A stretch of DNA of 64,000 nt, taken from NCBI GenBank assembly GCA_023150455.1, contig JAKLKW010000004.1, forward strand, positions 3,197-67,196. Reading direction: 5' to 3'. This document shows positions 58,652 through 64,000 of the stretch, one piece after another. Each line of letters starts with the position of its first letter. The first letter of the stretch is position 1. Made by a program: the position numbers and the translations under genes. The DNA is from Alphaproteobacteria bacterium (GTDB lineage: Bacteria > Pseudomonadota > Alphaproteobacteria > JAEULC01). The notes beneath the pieces are model-generated. The model did no database searches. It was not told the origin of the DNA and saw nothing but the letters and a program-made list of their open reading frames with translations.

Positions 58652-59590
58652 ATGGCCCGGTTCCTGCCGCCGCTCAACGCGTTGCGCGCGTTCGAGGCGG
58701 CGGCGCGGCTGCTCAGCTTCACCCGCGCGGCGGAGGAGCTGAACGTCACGCAGGCCGCGGTCAGCCACCAGATCAAGGCGCTGGAGGAGCGGCTGGGCGT
58801 CACGCTGTTCAAGCGCATGAATCGCAACCTGCTGCTGACCGATGCCGGCCAGGCCTATCTGCCGGCGGTGCGCGAAGCGTTCGACGGGCTGGCGCGCGCC
58901 ACGGCGCTGCTGTTGAAGCGCGACCGGACGGGGGCGCTGACGGTCAGCGTGCTGCCGTCCTTTGCCGCGAAGTGGCTGGTGCCGCGGCTCGGCCGCTTCC
59001 GCGACCTGCATCCCGAGATCGACGTGCGCCTGTCGACCGATCACCACATGGTCGAGCTGGGCCGCGACGACGTCGATGCGGCGATCCGCTACGGCCAGGG
59101 CGACTATCCCGGCCTCGACTCCGTGCGCTTCCTGACCGAGGACATCTTTCCCGTCTGCAGCCCGCGCCTTCTCAAGGGCAAGCACCCGCTCAGGCGGCCG
59201 GACGACCTGCGCTACCACACGCTGCTGCACGACGACTTCCGCATCGACTGGCGGCTGTGGCTGCTGGCCGCGGGCGTGAAGGACGTCGACCCCGACCGGG
59301 GGCCGGCCTTCACCGATTCGAGCATGGTGGTGCAGGCGGCCGTCGAAGGGCAGGGCGTGGCGCTGGCGCGCAGCGCGCTGGCGGACGTCGACCTGGCGAC
59401 GGGCCGGCTGGTCAAGCCGTTCGACGTCAGCATGCCGGCGCGCTGGGCGTACTATTTCGTCTGCCCGGTGGCGACGCGCGACAACCCCAAGATCGTCGCG
59501 TTCCGCAACTGGTTGCTGGCGGAGGCCCGGAACACGGCGGGTGCCGGCGCACCGGCGGCACAGGTCGCGGTCGGCGAATCGGCGACCTGA
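58652..59590 (+). CDS. gcvA: LysR-family regulator, GcvA-like
   Basis: LPPLNALRAFEAAAR.LSFTRAAEEL.VTQAAVSHQIK, WLVPRL, GQGVAL, FRNWL. Confidence 0.9.
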   Translation: MARFLPPLNALRAFEAAARLLSFTRAAEELNVTQAAVSHQIKALEERLGVTLFKRMNRNLLLTDAGQAYLPAVREAFDGLARATALLLKRDRTGALTVSVLPSFAAKWLVPRLGRFRDLHPEIDVRLSTDHHMVELGRDDVDAAIRYGQGDYPGLDSVRFLTEDIFPVCSPRLLKGKHPLRRPDDLRYHTLLHDDFRIDWRLWLLAAGVKDVDPDRGPAFTDSSMVVQAAVEGQGVALARSALADVDLATGRLVKPFDVSMPARWAYYFVCPVATRDNPKIVAFRNWLLAEARNTAGAGAPAAQVAVGESAT

Positions 59591-59598
59591 TCGCCCTC

Positions 59599-59620
59599 GG
59601 CGCGCGTTGATCCGCGCGCC
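59599..59620. repeat. 22-bp REP-like hairpin (copy 2)
   Basis: Identical to 4088-4109. Confidence 0.7.
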
Positions 59621-59655
59621 GTCCTTTCCGGCATGGCGGCCGGACCAGCGGCCGC

Positions 59656-60852
59656 CTACCGCAGGGCCGGCGCCAAGCGCTCCATCGCCTCGGACAGGCG
59701 CGCGGCGGAGCTGGCGAAGCACAGGCGCACGCAACCCTCGCCGCCCGGCCCGAACGCGGCGCCCGGTGCCAGGCCGACGTCGGTCTCGAGCAGCAGGTCC
59801 TTGCAGAACTGCACGGTATCCCGGACGCCGTCGACCTTGAAGAACGCGTAGAAGGCGGCGCGCGGGCGCACCATCTCGACGCGCGGCAAGGCCGACAGGG
59901 CCTGGTGGACCAGGTCGCGCCCGACGCGACAGCGCCCGACCATCTCCTTGACGAAGGGCTCGCCGTCGCGGATCGCAACCACGCCGGCATGCTGCAGGAA
60001 GGGCGTGGTGCCGCTGGTGTTGAACTCCACCGTCTTGCCCAGGGTCTCGCCGAAGGCGGGCGAGGTGGTCAGCCACCCCAGGCGCCAGCCGGTCATCGCC
60101 CAGGGCTTGGAGAAGCTGTTGACGACGATCAGGTCGTCCTCCGGCTCGGCGATCGACAGGAAGGACGGTGCTGTCGCGCGGTCGTAGACGAAGCGCGTGT
60201 AGACCTCGTCGGCGATCAGCCAGATGCCGTTGCGGCGGCAGAAGTCCAGCACGGCGCGCTGCTCGTCCGCGGACATCATCCAGCCCGTGGGATTGCCCGG
60301 CGTGTTGATGAACATCGCCTTGGTGCGCGGCCCACAGGCGGCAAGCAGCCGGTCCAGGTCGAGCGACCAGCCCTGCGGGGTCAGGTCGAGCGCCACCGGC
60401 CGCGGGACGGCGCCCATGATGCGCGCGGCGGCGAATATGTTGGGCCAGACCGGCGTCACGGCGACGATCTCGTCGCCCTGCTCCAGCAGGCACTCCATGG
60501 TCATCATCAGCCCGTTCATGCCCGCGGTCGTGACGGTGACGCGGTCGACCGCGATCGGCGCGGGGCGCTCGGGCGTGCCGTGCAGCCGGTTCATGTAGCG
60601 GGTCAGCTCGTCGCGCAGCTCCGGCTCGCCGCGCTTGTAGGAATAGAAGGTGCGCCCGGCTTCGAGCGCCTCGGCGGCGGCGTGGCGGATGAAGGCGGGG
60701 GTCACCATGTCGGACTCGCCCACCCAGAGCGGGATCAGGTTCTTGCGTCCGAACCCCAGTTGCCAGACCTCGACGATCTGCGATTCCTCCAGCTCCTCGA
60801 TCTGGCGGCGGAGCCGGGCGGGGCGGCGTCGGGCTAGGTGGAGGTCGTTCAC
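59656..60852 (-). CDS. PLP-dependent aminotransferase class I/II
   Basis: GESD, NTPGNPTG, DEVY, NSFSKPWAMTGWRLG; GTG start. Confidence 0.93.
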   Translation of the reverse strand: MNDLHLARRRPARLRRQIEELEESQIVEVWQLGFGRKNLIPLWVGESDMVTPAFIRHAAAEALEAGRTFYSYKRGEPELRDELTRYMNRLHGTPERPAPIAVDRVTVTTAGMNGLMMTMECLLEQGDEIVAVTPVWPNIFAAARIMGAVPRPVALDLTPQGWSLDLDRLLAACGPRTKAMFINTPGNPTGWMMSADEQRAVLDFCRRNGIWLIADEVYTRFVYDRATAPSFLSIAEPEDDLIVVNSFSKPWAMTGWRLGWLTTSPAFGETLGKTVEFNTSGTTPFLQHAGVVAIRDGEPFVKEMVGRCRVGRDLVHQALSALPRVEMVRPRAAFYAFFKVDGVRDTVQFCKDLLLETDVGLAPGAAFGPGGEGCVRLCFASSAARLSEAMERLAPALR

Positions 60853-61052
60853 GGCCAGGGTCCTTGTCCGGGATTTCCCTGTCCTTGTAAGGAATTGGAT
60901 GGACCGGGGCAAATGACCCCTGCTCATGCGGCGGGCAAGAAAACTAATGCCTGCCGGGGCGGTCCCGAGACCGCTCGGTGACGGGCGTCACAGCGCCGGG
61001 TATGAGCTTTCGGCAAGATCGGCGTACAAGGAAGCCAAGACCGGAGGGTGCC

Positions 61053-61568
61053 ATGACGACCACGGGCAAGACGCAGACCAAGCGCACCATGCTGACCGCC
61101 GTGATTGCCGTGGCTGCCGCGGTCGCGGCGCTGGCCGCCGGGACGAGCGCCCAGGCGCAGAGCACGACCTGCTGCACGACGGGCGGCGTGTTCATGCCGC
61201 CGGTGACGACGCCGACCCCGCCGACTAACCCGACCATCCCGCCGCCCGTGGTGACGACGACGATCCCGACCACCCCGCCGCCGGTGGTGGTGACGAGGAC
61301 GCCGACCCCGACCCCCATGCCGGACCGGCCAGGGATGTTCACCAACGTGCCGTCCGACATGCGCCGGCTGATGCAGTTCGACACGGTTTCCTCGATCGAC
61401 CGGCTGCTGACATCGCCGGCCGCCGTCAGCCTGAGCCTGCCGCGCCAGGCGGTGCCGAACAAGCTGGAGAACCGCCTGCCGTCGCTGACGGGCAGCGTCG
61501 GTGCGAAGCCGGCGGGCGGCGCCGAGGATGCCGCGAAGGCGCTCGAGAACGCCAAGCCGCTGATCTGA
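61053..61568 (+). CDS. Exported Pro/Thr-rich hypothetical protein
   Basis: GGAGGG RBS, signal peptide ending AQA, TTCCTT, about 45-aa Pro/Thr/Val tract. Confidence 0.75.
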   Translation: MTTTGKTQTKRTMLTAVIAVAAAVAALAAGTSAQAQSTTCCTTGGVFMPPVTTPTPPTNPTIPPPVVTTTIPTTPPPVVVTRTPTPTPMPDRPGMFTNVPSDMRRLMQFDTVSSIDRLLTSPAAVSLSLPRQAVPNKLENRLPSLTGSVGAKPAGGAEDAAKALENAKPLI

Positions 61569-61588
61569 TCTTCCGCCATTCGCGGGCG

Positions 61589-61617
61589 CGGGCGGGCCGG
61601 GAATGTCGGCCCGCCCG
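61589..61617. terminator. GC-rich hairpin downstream of the Pro/Thr-rich gene
   Basis: CGGGCGGGCCG-N7-CGGCCCGCCCG. Confidence 0.5.
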
Positions 61618-61724
61618 AATCGTTTTCCCTAGGATGCGGCGTCGCGCGCCGGTCACGTGATGGCCACAGGCAGGAATCGCGCAGGCTCGGCGCGGTCGCT
61701 TGCGGCGGCCGTGGCGCGCGCGAT

Positions 61725-61818
61725 AAAAAAAAGGCCGCGCAAAGCGCGGCCCGAGTTTAGGGAGGAAACGCCCAAGAAACGCAACATCGGTTCGAGGAAC
61801 CTGGGCTGATGTTGCACT
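61725..61818 (-). ncRNA. SuhB/alpha-r8 family sRNA (MmgR-like)
   Basis: CTTGGGCGTTTCCTCCCTAAACT core, then a GGCCGCGC-TTT-GCGCGGCC-T8 terminator; promoter CTTGAC-N17-CTACTT at 61852-61824. Confidence 0.85.
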
Positions 61819-61952
61819 GCAATAAGTAGGGCCGCCAACGCCGATCGTCAAGGACCGGCGCCCGACCCACCCAGACCCTGACTTCAACCCTGCCCTGCGT
61901 TGCACACCGGTCTCCCGGGTGCGCGCACGGCTCACTTCATGGAGCGTTTTCA

Positions 61953-62273
61953 ATGAGTTCCGCTCGTGCACTGGCTTCCCTGGCGGCCGTTGCCGCCCTG
62001 GCCGTTTCGCTCTCCCTGCCCGCTCACGCGCTCACGCTCGACCGCGGTGCCGACACCGCCGCCGTCGTGCTGGTGGCGGCGAAGGCGGGCGACACCGTGA
62101 CGGTTTCCGCCAAGACCGCCAACCTGCGCAGCGGCCCGTCGGCCAAGTCGAAGAAGGTCGCCGGCCTCGCCAAGGGCACCAAGCTCCAGGTCGTCGAGGT
62201 GACCAAGGGCGGCTGGCTCAAGGTCAAGGGGCCGCAGGGCGACGGCTACGTGTCCGGCAAGCTGGTGAAATAG
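61953..62273 (+). CDS. Exported bacterial SH3 domain protein
   Basis: Signal peptide, ANLRSGPS, GWLKV, GYVSGKLV. Confidence 0.88.
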   Translation: MSSARALASLAAVAALAVSLSLPAHALTLDRGADTAAVVLVAAKAGDTVTVSAKTANLRSGPSAKSKKVAGLAKGTKLQVVEVTKGGWLKVKGPQGDGYVSGKLVK

Positions 62274-62303
62274 ACCGCGACCCGCAGGTCGCGGACCATT
62301 CGG

Positions 62304-62343
62304 CGACGATCGGCGGCCGGCGACGGCCGCCGATTGTCGTTTC
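62304..62343 (+). terminator. Hairpin terminator after the SH3 gene
   Basis: 16-bp stem, GCGA tetraloop, TTT tail. Confidence 0.55.
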
Positions 62344-62368
62344 GGGCCTCCTGGACTAAGAGGGGGGC

Positions 62369-64000
62369 ATGAGCGGGCAGTGGAAGAAGGCGGCGGCCCT
62401 GGAGCCGGTCTGGGCAGCGCTCGCCCGCCATCGCGACGAGATCGCGGGTCGCACGATGCGCGACCTGTTCGCCGCCGACCCCGCGCGCGCCGGCCGATTC
62501 ACCCTGTCGTTCGACGGGCTTCTGCTCGACTACTCGAAGAACCGTCTGACCGGTCGGACGATGGCGCTGCTACGCGACCTGGCCGCGGCGGCCGACCTGC
62601 CCGCGTGGACCCGGCGCATGTTCGCGGGCGAGCGCATCAACACGACCGAGAATCGCGCGGTGCTGCATGTCGCGCTGCGCAACCGCGGTAACGCGCCGAT
62701 CATGGTCGACGGCGCCGACGTCATGCCGGAGGTCAATGCGGTGCTCGCGCGGATGCGCGATTTCACGGCGCGCGTGCGCGACGGCGCCTGGACCGGCGCC
62801 ACCGGGCGGCGCATCGCGTCGGTGGTGAACATCGGCATCGGCGGATCGGACCTCGGGCCTCGCATGGCGGTGGAGGCGCTCGCCGCGTTTCGACACGAGC
62901 GATTGGCGTTCCATTTCGTCTCGAACGTCGACGGGGCCGAGATCGCGCGCACGCTCGCGCCGCTCGACCCGGCCGAGACGCTGTTCGTGGTCGCGTCGAA
63001 GACCTTCGCGACGCAGGAGACGATGGCCAACGCGGCGACCGCGCGCGCATGGCTGACCGCGGCGCTGGGCGACGGCGCCGTGGCGCGGCACTTCGTCGCC
63101 GTGTCGACCAACGCCGCGGAAGTGGCCCGGTTCGGCATCGACGCGGCCAACATGTTCGAGTTCTGGGACTGGGTCGGCGGCCGCTTCTCGCTGTGGTCGG
63201 CGGTCGGCCTGCCGATCGCGCTCTCGATCGGCATGGACCGATTCGAGGAGATGCTGGACGGCGCGCATGCCATGGACGGGCATTTCCGCGACGCGCCGCC
63301 GGAGCGCAACCTGCCGCTGACCCTGGCGCTGGTCGGCGTCTGGAACACCAACCTGCTGGGAGCCGAAACGCAGGCCGTGCTGCCCTACGACCAGGGACTG
63401 GCGCGATTTCCCGCCTATCTGCAGCAGGCGGAGATGGAGAGCAACGGCAAGTCGGTCGGGCGCGACGGACGCAGGGTCGAGCGGGCGACCGCGCCGGTCC
63501 TGTTCGGCGAGCCCGGCACCAACGGGCAGCACGCCTTCTACCAGCTGATCCACCAGGGCACGCGGCTGGTGCCCTGCGATTTCATCGCGCCGGCCGAGAC
63601 CCACTACAAGACCGGCCGGCACCACGCCATGCTGCTCGCCAACTTCCTCGCGCAGAGCGAGGCGTTGATGCTGGGGAAGACCGCGGCCGAGGCGCGCGCC
63701 GAGCTTGCGGCCGAGGGCCTGACCGGCGCCGCGCTCGAGGCGCTGGTGCCGCACCGGGTCTTCGGCGGCGACCGGCCGAGCAACTCGATCCTGGTGCGGC
63801 GGCTGGATCCGCGCACGCTCGGCATGCTGATCGCGCTCTACGAGCACAAGATCTTCGCCCAGGGCGTGATCTGGGGCATCAACTCCTTCGATCAGTGGGG
63901 TGTCGAGCTGGGCAAGCAACTCGCCACGCGCATCCTGCCGGAGCTCGAAGGCGACGGGCCGCCCGGCCGGCATGACTCGTCGACCACGCAGCTGCTCGCG
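62369..64000 (+). CDS. pgi: Glucose-6-phosphate isomerase (last codons off the window)
   Basis: Translated by hand: [51 protein letters not shown]. Confidence 0.97.
   Translation, partial: MSGQWKKAAALEPVWAALARHRDEIAGRTMRDLFAADPARAGRFTLSFDGLLLDYSKNRLTGRTMALLRDLAAAADLPAWTRRMFAGERINTTENRAVLHVALRNRGNAPIMVDGADVMPEVNAVLARMRDFTARVRDGAWTGATGRRIASVVNIGIGGSDLGPRMAVEALAAFRHERLAFHFVSNVDGAEIARTLAPLDPAETLFVVASKTFATQETMANAATARAWLTAALGDGAVARHFVAVSTNAAEVARFGIDAANMFEFWDWVGGRFSLWSAVGLPIALSIGMDRFEEMLDGAHAMDGHFRDAPPERNLPLTLALVGVWNTNLLGAETQAVLPYDQGLARFPAYLQQAEMESNGKSVGRDGRRVERATAPVLFGEPGTNGQHAFYQLIHQGTRLVPCDFIAPAETHYKTGRHHAMLLANFLAQSEALMLGKTAAEARAELAAEGLTGAALEALVPHRVFGGDRPSNSILVRRLDPRTLGMLIALYEHKIFAQGVIWGINSFDQWGVELGKQLATRILPELEGDGPPGRHDSSTTQLLA

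Overview
A very GC-rich chromosomal window from what looks like a Rhodospirillales-like alphaproteobacterium (inferred from gene content, the SuhB/MmgR sRNA and the RpoE-ChrR pair). It holds about 60 mostly housekeeping CDSs: dsbB-coq7, ispG, a PHB locus (phaB, phaA, phaC-like, phaR), TAXI-TRAP, MacAB-like and SsuABC-like transporters, yggT-DUF167-folD, an LPS glycosyltransferase/asnB cluster, rlmN, rpoE-chrR, a GcvA-like regulator with two DUF1127 genes, and pgi. It also has tRNA-Ala(CGC), one DUF1778/GNAT toxin-antitoxin pair, an EamA pseudogene and several REP-like repeats. I saw no CRISPR array, integrase or transposase. Best leads: (1) an ~840-bp non-coding stretch of degenerate CGTCATC repeats with IHF-like sites upstream of a TIR-domain membrane protein; (2) a UbiA-DprE1-DprE2 (arabinofuranose-donor-type) operon with unusual partner genes; (3) a small PhaE-like ORF overlapping a PhaC-like gene by up to 248 nt; (4) an unexplained terminated sRNA/sORF near 49.95-50.07 kb; (5) an ABC importer plus two unknown proteins behind a Fur/Mur-like box. 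All family assignments come from motifs recognised by eye; no database searches were run.
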